Shown: one piece after another, positions 12,984-23,503 of the stretch
Layout of the letters: each line of letters opens with the position of its first letter
Position numbering within the stretch: position 1 is the stretch's first letter
NCBI GenBank assembly: GCA_001949185.1
Contig: BDGG01000003.1
Coordinates: 1,098,984-1,162,983, forward strand
Origin: Ramazzottius varieornatus
Taxonomy: Eukaryota; Animalia; Tardigrada
Direction: 5' to 3'
DNA: 64,000 nucleotides
The notes under the pieces: generated by a model
Told to the model about the DNA's origin: nothing
The model's database searches: none
What the model saw: the letters and a program-made list of their open reading frames with translations, nothing else
Translations under genes and position numbers: made by a program

Positions 12984-14723
12984 CAGTCCTACCTCCGAGA
13001 TGTGTCAATTCAAACCCTTGATTCCTATTTGCAATGACCCATCTGTTCACTACACGGCAAACCAGAGCGCCCGAAATATGGTTAGCCATACAGTACAAAG
13101 CTGCCATTTAATACCAAGTATTCTATCACAGTCAGAAGTTCAGATCACGAACTCAGCTTCTCTCGGTCATGTGGTACACTCCAGCAGCTCTAAAACAGTT
13201 CCGAATAGTGCTTTCTTTGACTTCTGCCCATCCTCTGACAACCCACTTGACCGCATCCAAAACGTTGATAGACTTCGTATAGTCAGAAGCACTACTGAAA
13301 TTATACAGGCTCTTTCTTCGATGTTCAGCCTTGAATCTTTGCTCGTACTTCTTGTAGGACGCTATGATGCCTTTGTCGAGAGGTTGAACCTTGCTTGTCA
13401 GGTTCGGTGGAAGGAATACAAGTCTGACGTTCGACTTGCTATCGACGCGATGGGCTGAGAAGTTATCAAGGAGCAGCAGGATCTTTCGCTTCTGGGCTTT
13501 CATGCTGTTATTGAGGTTCGTAAGCCATTCTTCAAATATTCCTGTCTTCATCCATGCAGTAGAGTTCGCGTACCAACTGAAGCCCGCTTTTTGGATATCT
13601 AACTTGGCTTTCGTGAAGATGCGAGGTTTCTTCGAATTTCCAATGATGAGGGGCGGCAATTTCTTTCCGGCTGCGCTGCAACAAAAAAGAACTGACAGTC
13701 TTTCTTTGTTGACTTTTCCGCCTTTCTTCTTCTGTCCCTCCTTCGTCAGAGTCTTCTTCGGTAGAGCACGATACTGAGTCCCAGTTTCGTCACAGTTAAA
13801 AATGTCTTCGTTCTTGTAAGACTGTATGATGGTTGGGATGTCGTTGGATATCCAGCTGTCAGCAACGTCTTGACTTGCAGAAGCTTCTTCGCCTGATAAC
13901 ATGAGTAACGAAACCTAGTGAAATTGGAAGGAGAGAATTTTATATTCAAAGCCAGAGCATTACCGTGCAGCACGACGGATCCGAGGTCATATCGCTTCAT
14001 GAATTTATGTACCCATCCGTTACTTCCGGTGAACCCTTTGATCTGCAGTCTTTGCGCAATGTCCAGGGCTTCTTGCTTCAGATCATTCCTGGAAAGCGGC
14101 ATGTCTCTCGCATGACAGTCCTCCACAAACTTCAGCAGTGCTTTCTCCACTTCTTCGAACTTTCGTATTGTGAAGATCTTCTTCGGAGCTTTGTCATCCT
14201 CTGGAGCTGACAAAAACAACTCTCTCTTCTTGTCCAATCGACGCACCGTGGTTTTAGACTTGATATTAAATATTCGCATTACCTCACTCAAACACATCTG
14301 AAACCAATCGCGAGATCACAACAGCACGATTGAAAATCTCGAACGATGAAATCGATGACTTTGGCCAAGCGCAGGCTTACCTTCTTCGGATACAGTCGCA
14401 GGATTTTTTCTTGTCTTTCAGCGTCAAACGTTTCCGTGCTCGTCCACCCGTGTTAACCTCCATCTGCGTAGTCATGGTGGAATACAGTAAAAATGTCTGG
14501 AAGCTTTGAGGAGTAAAGAGAGAGATTGCTTGCGAATTGAGAAAGAAGCGATCAGTCAAATGTGCAACGGTGCTTGTTGCACGAGTAGAACGAATCAAGT
14601 GAATGGGGAATCAACTACAATTTCTTGTAGTCCCTATGGACCGCCATGTTTTTGGTTAGCGATACGGTGATCTGCATGATTCGGTCAAATTAAAGCAATT
14701 GACACATCTCGGAGGTAGGACTG
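12984..14723 (-). mobile_element. Full-length pogo/Tigger-type DNA transposon (1740 bp)
   Basis: Perfect 27-bp TIRs CAGTCCTACCTCCGAGATGTGTCAATT (12984-13010, 14697-14723) with TA on both flanks. Confidence 0.93.
13153..14475 (-). pseudogene. Tigger/CENP-B-type transposase (HTH + DDE_1) with two introns and a probable frameshift
   Basis: RKRLTL, GFTGSNGWVHKFMKRY, FNCDETG, LLLDNFSAH, VQPLDKG. Introns at 14298-14380 and 13893-13963. Exon 1 needs one extra A in an A-run to read KILRLYPKK in phase. Confidence 0.85.
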
Positions 14724-15535
14724 TATTATGATCAGCAGGTGCGCCACTTCGGTCAGTGACCTGTTTGATTCAGGAGAGCCTCCTTCTGAACAGGCTAGCG
14801 CGTTCTTTCACTAGAAGCAGCAGAAAGGCATGGTCGAAGTTTGAAGTCGATGAGAGAACAATCACGTCGCCGCTCGATGGACTCTGCTCGAGATGGGAGT
14901 TACGGAAAACTTGTCGACGACTAACTCGAGTTTAGCTACGATGCTATCAAGTCCCAGCATTGCCTGAAGCCCGTGGTTTCCGAGCTAACGTGACCGCGAA
15001 TTATCGCATTGGTTGGGTGTTGGTTGGATACTTTTTGCTGCTTTCGGGGCGAAGCAACTACTGAACACATCCAGATTGCTACCAAGCACGGTACAAGGTA
15101 AACGCAACGGAGTGGTCATAGCAAAATCACATGGGAAAGTGGTCATAGCTGGATCTCAGCAACTGGTGGCTCAAATCGTTTCAATTTAGGCTGAATCAAC
15201 AGGGAGAAGCCTGTAGATTCATATGGTATCCACAAGAAGCGAGGATACCGTCCAGCATATGAGATTCTGCTCCTCAAAGTAAGACGACTCGCTCCTGTGT
15301 TAAAGAGCCTACGACAAAATTTTAATACAGGCCACCAGAGGCGCCTGCGTAGGCGCGTTCTTCTCTTTGAAGCGACGTCGTCCATATGGTTTATGCAGTG
15401 CAACCCGGTACAGCTACGTCAGAACCTTGTTACTGACGTATACTGAACCGATTTTCCTTGTTCGGTAAGATGATACGACTTTGCCAAAATTCATAAAGGA
15501 ATCCTTCAAAGTTTGCTTGTCCATGTTATTTCATA

Positions 15536-17721
15536 ATGGCTTCACCTAAGTTAAAGACAGCTGCTGAGGTCAGCAAGGAGCTGATGGACTCTGCCATCTC
15601 TGCAGTAAAAGATTCAGGAATCAGCAAGAGATCTGCTGCACGGTACTTTGGCGTAGCGCGCACAACGCTGGTACGACGTCTTCAAATTCCCCATGCTCAA
15701 AGACGCGGTGGTCCAACGAAGTTTCCTTCACGAGTGGAAAAAGAGCTGTCTGAAGTACTTGAGGCTTGCTGCACTATCGGGATTCCCCTAAATAGCTACC
15801 ACTGTTACCAGTTGTTCTCCCAAATTGCAGTTGAGTTGGGTGAGTTAGGGTGTGCATCACAGATTGAGTCGGTATTTTGGGTAATTTTTCTCAAGCGTTT
15901 TCAGGGCTGAAGAATACGACCTGTAACGCCAATTCATTCCGGAACTTCTTGAAACGGCATGTCAAACTATCGATGCGAATAACTCACGCTTCCAACCGGA
16001 AACAGGATCGCGCTTGGACTATGGAAGTCTGCGACGAATATATCTCCAAATTACAAATGTTGAACAGTGGAGGATTCCTCGATTCAGCTGAGCAAGTTTG
16101 GAACTTGGACGAAACTGCTTTCCATACTTCCGAACTATTCGATAAAGTCGTGGGGATCAAAGGGATGAAGCAGATTCCATCACAGTACAACGGAAACGCG
16201 AAAGAATGTGTGACAGTGCTACCTTTTGGAAATGCAGGCGGACTCCAGCTGAAATTCTTAGCCTTGTACGCGGGAAAACTGCACCTCCAGTCACGACTAG
16301 AAGATACCCACAACATGTGTTATCAAGCGGTAAATGATTCTGGTTACATGGACCAGTTGATCTTCGCAAATTACATCAAAAAGGTTGTGTTTCCGGCAAT
16401 GAAGTCCATGAAGGTAAGCTCTCATACTGTTGCATATGACGTCATATTCGACACGATGGTTAAGCTGCCATATTTGTGGCGTCGCACTTCACATGATCAA
16501 AATGAGCGGTTCGTTAGTTATTTGGTCTTTGTGCTTGCAGAATGTGATATTTGTGGACGGTCACTTCAGCCACATAAATAACCTGCTGCTCGTCCGATAC
16601 TGTCGCGAATTCTTCGAGGAGACGGGGACACGAGTGGAGGTGTTCTGTTTCCCAGCTGGCCAAACATGTCGTCTGCAGCCATTCGATGTCTCATCTCTGG
16701 TCCAATAAAGAAAAAGTGGGCCGATTATCTTCAAGATCGTCGTGCGAAAGGCGGAATGGTGCGTAGGGAATCCCTATATTACCAAATGACTTGTTTGTAC
16801 GAGTTCTGGCTTTTGCTTGATAATGTTAATTTCCGCCAGGTCACAAAAAATAACTTCCTTTCTCACCTCGTTATGTTGTGGTTCAAAACAGAAGGTTGCC
16901 CCGAAAGATTCGCGTTCAACGTAGAACCAACACTGCAGTCTGGCTTTGCACGTTGTGGCCTGTTTCCCTTCAGTCCGGAGACCATTGGAGGCACCGTCAA
17001 ACTTTTCAACGACCCCACTGTAAATGCAAGCGGAATCCGCCAAATTGAGCCAGGCCAAGATCACGAAGAACTGCTCGAGCTTCTGCGCAGACGATACGGC
17101 ATCACGTCCGATATTCATCATGAAGAAGTAAGGGACTGTGTTTAGAATGTTCAAAAAGGCACTACTTCCGGTAAGGTGCTTGCGGGTGCACTGGCGAAGT
17201 CGTTGATGGATGACGCCCCGAAGAAGAAGCGAAAGCAAAAGAACACCATGCTCAATCTAACATCTGGAGCTATGGTGACGTCAGACGAAATCGTGAAAAC
17301 GGCAGAAATGATTCAAGCTGAGAATCTAGGAAGGAAAACAGCACTGAAGGCGACGAACGCAGCAGAGAAAGCAGGAAGACAAGCAGGGGAAAAAGTCGCT
17401 TCGAAAGCAGCGGAAAAGGCGGCTACCAGGGCTGCGAAGGCAGCAGAAAAGGAAGCAGAGAAAGCTGCAAAAGCAGCGGAAAGAACGGCCAAAGCAGTGG
17501 AAAAGGCCGCGGTCAAGGCTGCGAAGGCAGTGGCGAAGGCTTCCGCAAAACTCTCCGCAAGAGATGCCAAAGCAAGCAGAGTTAGCAAGCGGAAGGCTGC
17601 AGAGCCTGCATCGATGATCAGTTTTTCGTCGAAGAGGTTCAAGCAAGCTTCAAGCAGTAAAGACCCTCCGAACTTTTCTTTTATTTCGGATATCATCGCA
17701 GCGGAATCCGTCTTAAACTGA
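15536..17721 (+). pseudogene. HTH-psq + DDE_1 transposase with three introns and an Ala/Lys-rich C-terminal tail, disabled
   Basis: SKRSAARYFGVARTTL (psq HTH), VWNLDET, IFVDGHFSH, LQPFDV, SGFARCGLFPF. Introns at 15840-15904, 16414-16540 and about 16759-16839. Frameshift near 16692 and TAG at 17143. Confidence 0.85.
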
Positions 17722-18016
17722 TCAGGTCTTTTTGACTGTGGAAAAAATTTCTATTGAGCTGTATCATACGTAGGGGATTTCCTAATAATTTCACCTCTGA
17801 AAATCCCGTGTTGGTTAAATGGTATGAAGTTTTGGTTGGACAAGTAATCGTAGTGCCGTAGTGCGTAATAGAGTACAAGTAAGCTCGACCATGCGCGAAA
17901 TGAAACTGGGAAATTATACCGCAGTTCATCAATACCGTACCCCGGACTGCGGTCTGTTTGCGGTACAAAAGCCTATGCTTCACGTGCTGCCATCGCATAC
18001 CGCAAAGTATGACCGA

Positions 18017-18100
18017 TACGTTGCGCAAAATCTGCTGTGACCACTACGTTGCGCAAAATCTGCTGTGACCACTACGTTGCGCAAAATCTGCTGTGACCAC
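18017..18100 (+). repeat. 3 x 28-bp tandem repeat at the transposon right end
   Basis: TACGTTGCGCAAAATCTGCTGTGACCAC repeated three times, running into the TIR. Confidence 0.95.
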
Positions 18101-18349
18101 TACGTTTCGTTTACCTTGTAATTGTAGCGAAAATAATCCGGATAACCCGAACCGATATTAGGTTCTGGTAGTTAAGTTCATCTGTAGATAACGCCAGTCC
18201 TGAAGTTCCGTAATGTAATGTCTGATCGAAGCCCGCAATCGACAACACTTTAAGATCGGTGTGTCTTCAATTTTGCAGATTTAGATCGTGGAGAAATAGC
18301 TGTCGTGGTCATGATCCACCGGGGCAGACTGGGGTGGACAGGTGGGAGT

Positions 18350-18790
18350 ACCTTACGCTCAACACTTTGAGTTCCATTGTAAATGGTAGATTTTTTTGAC
18401 CCAGGTGGCATTCAGCTCGGCTACCCATCCATGCTTGCCATCGTACAGTTTTCGGAAGAATTGTCGCTGACCAATGTCGTTTTCCCGGTATTAATCCACC
18501 CTCTCATCGTCTGCACTTCCATTCATAAAGTTTACCAGGTCTTGTAGTCCGTTCGGCCGGCAGATTTCGGATGACCCAATGCCGCATCTCAAAACAGGCG
18601 CAGCCAAGCTTACAAACAAAATAGCCCCTGCAACAAGTAATAAGCTTCGGGGTACACGACGAGCACGATGAATGTCCACAACTTGAGCCTTCATCGTAAC
18701 TGTCAGGTGACTCTGATTATCGAAAGGTTCCGGTGGAGGTGTCGCTTTGTGCGCGGAGCAGCACTTCTGAATTGGAATTGCTCTGGACAT
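18350..18790 (-). pseudogene. Possible type II membrane protein first exon with an in-frame stop
   Basis: MSRAIP...SLLLVAGAILFVSLAAPVL hydrophobic segment; TAA at 18491, after which the frame continues briefly toward a GT donor. Family not recognised. Confidence 0.3.
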
Positions 18791-19008
18791 CGTGAGGCGC
18801 AAGGTTGAGGTGAGCACGTACTCAAAATTGTACACCAGCGCGGCGGCGCACCGGCCTGCTGTTCTTGCTGTACAATAATATGGAAGTCGACACACGCTGC
18901 CGGCATTTGCTATATTGCGTACTAAGTCGGACCGTAAACAATCATACGCTCTCTAGTATTGCCGATGTGAAGAATCTGTGATCATGTGGTCACGATTACT
19001 CCTCTACA

Positions 19009-21979
19009 ATGTTTGAACCAATAAGTCTTCTGATTCTACACGTATCATTAACTTCGAGATTTGTCATTGTTACTTCCCAGGCTGCACGTGAAATTTTTCG
19101 GGACGATTTCGACTCTTCCAACCGGAAACCTTCTACCTATCGCTGGAATACCATCGCAGACTTCCTGAGCGACGACAAGAGGTACAATGGTGATGTCGAG
19201 GATATCTTCGTTCGAGATGGTTTTCTTAAGCTCTCTGCCGTCAACAGTAGTACGAAGTATGTTATGGCGGTCACCACCGGAAAGTTTCGCTTCCGTTATG
19301 GCGAAGTGGAATCTCGGTTACGTGCGCCACATGGAAAAGGTTTAATCTCAAAGTTTATCCTCGTTCCCGACCGTTGCAGTCTGCTCCGCTGTAGCGACAG
19401 CATCGACGATAACTATCCACGGATGTACATGACGGAGCTCTCCGGTATCAGTCCTTTCAACCAATCAAGTCTTCGGTCGGACTACTATCTGAAATTCGGC
19501 AACCAGTCGATAGCGGGTAACGTCGTCCAGAACCCAACGATATCCGGTCAGAATTTCTACTCTGATTTTCATCTGTACCGTATGGTTTGGAAGAAGGACA
19601 GTTTGACATGGTTTATTGACGGACAAAAGGTTTTCGAAACGACCAACAAGGACGCTATTGCTCATGCGCCAATGCGGATTGAGATCTCGCTGTATGTCAA
19701 CACAAAACGCGGAGGTGGGCAACCGGATGAAAAAACAGTGTTTCCGGCGATATTCGAGATTGATTACATTGTTGTTCGCCAAGAGAATCCTTACGCCGAG
19801 CCTGACTTGTTATTTTCCGCTGACTTCTCTAAAAACGTCACCCCGGAATTTCTTCAAAGCAGTTTTATTTACGGTATTGTCAATAGCAGCTTCATACCAC
19901 TACCGGCTGATTCAGTGAAAATAGCTAACGGTTCCCTCCAGCTATCCTGCTTTGATAACTCGCGGCAATATGAAAAATACCGTGTGACGATTCAGAGCGT
20001 CGGCCACTTTGACTTTCTGTATGGTGATCTACAGTTTCGGGCTCGCTTTCCTTCTGTTCAAGATGGATCTGCATATGCAATAATCGGCCTCCAAAACTAT
20101 CTGTGCGGCGCTGATAACTGTGAACGGCATGATGATACGCCGGAAGTGGCTCTTGATCAAGAACCGGGAAGTCCAATGGACAACCACGCCCAGGTCTCTT
20201 ACACTACCCCTCTCACAGCTGAAGTGACGCAACGTTACACAGCTCAGCTCACTGAACAGCTGGATCTGTCAGCTTCCGGGCATAACTACAAGTTAATATG
20301 GACACCAACGAGTCTAAGGTGGTTCGTGGACGATCAGGCTGTTTTTATCGTGGCGGATGTCAAGAAGATCCCGAAAATCAGGATGTACATGTACTTTACC
20401 TTGTTTTGCAATCCAGGGGTGGAGAGAGACGGAAACTCTTCGAACGTGTTCCATCAGTTATGGATCGAGTCGATCAGCGTTCGAAAATTGAGTAATTTGG
20501 CTGAAACGGAAGAGGTCGTAAAAACATCCGTCTGGGAAGGATGGAAATATGGGGTGCTTTTCGGAATATTAGGTGGTGTGTTGTTCTGCTTGAGTATCGC
20601 AGGTGCAGTTTTTCTAAAAAAATGGCGCGCAAAGGAGCGGCTTGGCTGGCGAAGCCGAGATCGATTGTCGTTCAAGAACAACTCGCTGAAGATGAGAATG
20701 GAAAACGACTATCTACACCGGACTATATCTGTCCCGCTCAGTGCCGGAATTTACGTGATTCCCCCTGAAAACCTTACCAGAAGCAAGTTTGACTCGATAG
20801 CGAAAATCTAAAAACACTTCAAATCGTTTGTAACATGCCCAAAATGCCTATAGGTGACATTGTGTTGGGGAAGGGAGAGCACGGTATCGTCTTCAAAGGT
20901 ATCGCGACTGGACTATACGGTAAAGTTGGGCCAACAGTCGTGGCAGTCAAGACTCTCTTCTCCACCGAAGACAACACCAGTGCGGATGCGTCGTTCAAGA
21001 AAGAATTGGACGTCCTTGCAAGATGTGGTCACCATCTGAACATTGTGAACTTACTTGGGGTCGTCACCACGGGCAGACCATCTCTCCTCATCGAATATTG
21101 CCAATATGGATCACTTCTAAGTTACCTCCGTGAACACCGACCACCCTTCTTCTTCAGTCATGTCAGTTCCGAAGGCCAGTTGTTGCCTCTCGATAAGGAG
21201 AAGTACGAGAAAGAAGGCAATCGACTGCACCAGAAACTCCGCAACGACACCAGCGATCACGCTTTGCTGTCCACGAAAGACTTGATCAATTTTGCCTACC
21301 AATTGGCACGTGGTATGGAGTACCTGGCCTCACGACCGATAGTCCACCGGGACTTGGCAGCGAGGAACGTTCTAGTTGACAAGGGGAAGATCGTCAAGAT
21401 CTCCGATTTTGGTATGGCGCGCCAAGAGGGTGAGTACGTGCTGCAAGATGGCAGCATTGCCTTGCCGATCCGCTGGATGTCACCGACTGCTGTATTGAAC
21501 AAGACGTTTAACCAGAGCACTGACGTCTGGTCCTATGGAGTATTACTGTGGGAGCTGTTCACCCTGGGAGAACTGCCCTACGGGGATCGAAAGATTGGCG
21601 GGAATACGGAGGCGTTTCTGCAGGAAATCATTGACGGGTTACGACTGCCCAAGCCCGAGCTTTCTCCGAATGATATGTAAGACAACTTACGGTCTTTCTG
21701 AGCACAAATTCAGCTTTCTATGTTCGTGTTCGAAACAAGTTGCTTTATGATTACAGGCACGATTTGATGAGAGACTGCTGGGTACTCGGTCCAGACACGC
21801 CCTGCCCGACTTTTGAAGAGTTGAAGAATAGACTGGACAGCTTGATCTCACAAGAAATTTCAGAGTACTATACAAGTCTGGACGCTCTATATGAGAAGTT
21901 CAACGAAGAACACGAGCGCGTACACGGCTCGGAACAGCTATCCGATCAGCTACTAGAAGAACAGAATCCGATCCATTGA
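19009..21979 (+). CDS. Receptor tyrosine kinase with tandem GH16-like ectodomain (paralog A)
   Basis: Exons 19009-20782, 20854-21676, 21757-21979, phases consistent. Signal peptide; two GH16-like repeats (IFRDDF, TGKFRFRYGEVESRLRAPHGKGL, DFHLYRMVW..LTWFIDG, FPAIFEIDYIVVRQ; second repeat HFDFLYGDLQFRARFP, HNYKLIWTPTSLRWFVDD); TM YGVLFGILGGVLFCLSIAGAVFL followed by KK; kinase GKGEHG, VAVK, HRDLAARN, DFGMAR, DVWSYG. Confidence 0.92.
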
Positions 21980-22448
21980 GACCAGAACAGCGAATCGTAC
22001 CAGCCAAAACTGTGCTAACATGTAGATGCTTGGCGAAACGTACATAACTCTGCGCCAAGCAAGATCTGCATTACCTGTTTCTCCACTACAATCCGGTCGC
22101 TCGAAATCTGGTACCTGGTTCCTCGATTTCGCTTTGAACTTTGAAGCTGCTTTACTTTCACCACACTGCACGACAAGCTCAGGTCGAAATTAGATAACAC
22201 GTACATTAAACCGTAGTTTAACTGGTGTGACCAAGTGATCATCTCACATGTAGACCGGCTGTGTCGGTATGGCGCGCAGTATCGTTAACTTCGCATGATT
22301 TATTTATTTTGAAATCGGAGAATCAGATACCAGATTTCGAGCAACTTTGACTGTATTCCGCTTTTTTACTTGTTGGATGCGTATTTGTTTCATTTCTCAC
22401 TTCTTTATTTGCTCGATGCTGTTGTATACGGTATTCTGCTTATCATAA

Positions 22449-22640
22449 TCAGGCCGAGCGAAGCGAGGCCCTTGTAAGTCTGTCGAGATTTCAATGGACG
22501 ATGAGATTGTTCGAGCTTTCAGATATTGTAGCCTCTGTACTGAAAACAAATGCGCAACGTGATCCGAGTAACAAAGTTTTACTCGCAAACCTTGTGCTTC
22601 TTTGCTTCTGCTCGGCCTTCCCAGTGGTCAGAACCACTAG
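22449..22640 (+). mobile_element. Non-autonomous Helitron/Helentron-like element, copy C
   Basis: A|TCAGGCCGAGCGAAGCGAGGCC ... CTCGGCCTTCCCAGTGGTCAGAACCACTAG|T: 5' TC, 3' hairpin plus CTAG, inserted between A and T, no TSD. Confidence 0.75.
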
Positions 22641-22841
22641 TTAATTAATTACATAGTACTTACATCCAATAGAGGAGAAGGAAATCGACCTAGTGTTCCC
22701 ACCGACAGTAACACGTGCATTTGGTTTTATTATGGCATGACTCTCGGTCAGGAAACTCTCAGAACGCACATAAATTATTTTCACTCAGACAATTTCAGAT
22801 CTCTGTGAGCAGGTAATACTACAAATCGTAACGAAAAGGGT

Positions 22842-23384
22842 TTATCGCCTTCGCCGATGTCCATAGCCTGATGACGAACCGCTTCCGTACGAAGAGCCAC
22901 CGTTGGAACCATAAGAACTGCCACCTCCGTACGAGTTACCGCCACCAATACCGCCGCCAAAACCACCACCACCGATACCTCCAAAGCCTCCTCCACCGAT
23001 CCCTCCAAAACCTCCACCGATTCCGCCGAATCCACCTCCTCCAAAGATGTCTCCGCCGAAGCCGCCTCCGCCAAAGCCGCCAATTCCACCAATGAAACCA
23101 GCATTAGGATTATTCAGTTCGTTGACAAAAACGTTGTTGTTGGGATCTCCCCCGAACCAGTTGTAGGCGTTGAGGACGCCAGGCGTCAGCCAATTGTAAG
23201 CAGCCAGGGTTCCAGGCGTTAACCAGTTGTAGGCATCAAAGATGCTTCCGCCACCACCGCCATGTCCTCCACCATAACCGCCACCGCCGTATGCACGGCC
23301 ACTGCCGTAATATCCCTTATTGTAGCCATTTCCGGCGTACACAGCACCAGCACAAAGTGCTAGCGCTACCACAACTGACTGCAT
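22842..23384 (-). CDS. Secreted glycine-rich protein with AYNW repeats
   Basis: Single 180-aa ORF; signal peptide MQSVVVALALCAGAVYA; GGY/GGF/GGI tracts; upstream TATA; AATAAA about 110 bp downstream of the stop. Confidence 0.85.
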   Translation of the reverse strand: MQSVVVALALCAGAVYAGNGYNKGYYGSGRAYGGGGYGGGHGGGGGSIFDAYNWLTPGTLAAYNWLTPGVLNAYNWFGGDPNNNVFVNELNNPNAGFIGGIGGFGGGGFGGDIFGGGGFGGIGGGFGGIGGGGFGGIGGGGFGGGIGGGNSYGGGSSYGSNGGSSYGSGSSSGYGHRRRR

Positions 23385-23495
23385 GGTACCAAGGAGATAT
23401 TCCAGAAGGAGTTTTCAACTAATTGTTGGACCAAGCAGGAAAAACCAAGGAGAGAAAAAACGTCCAACACTGTAATGTAACGGTTCGTAAACAAG

Positions 23496-23503
23496 TATAT
23501 ATA
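23496..23503 (-). promoter_or_regulatory. TATA box of the Gly-rich gene
   Basis: TATATATA about 25 bp upstream of a CAGT initiator-like motif and about 110 bp upstream of the ATG. Confidence 0.5.

Larger units (their letters stand above)
15094..18118 (+). mobile_element. Full-length pogo/Fot1-type DNA transposon (about 3.0 kb)
   Basis: Imperfect TIRs of about 29 bp (CAAGGTAAACGCAACGGAGTGGTCATAGC versus the reverse complement of GCTGTGACCACTACGTTTCGTTTACCTTG; 3 mismatches) with TA on both flanks. Confidence 0.88.

Noticed and set aside
18017-18100. 28-bp repeats as a CRISPR array
   Set aside because: No spacers, eukaryotic context, and part of a transposon end.
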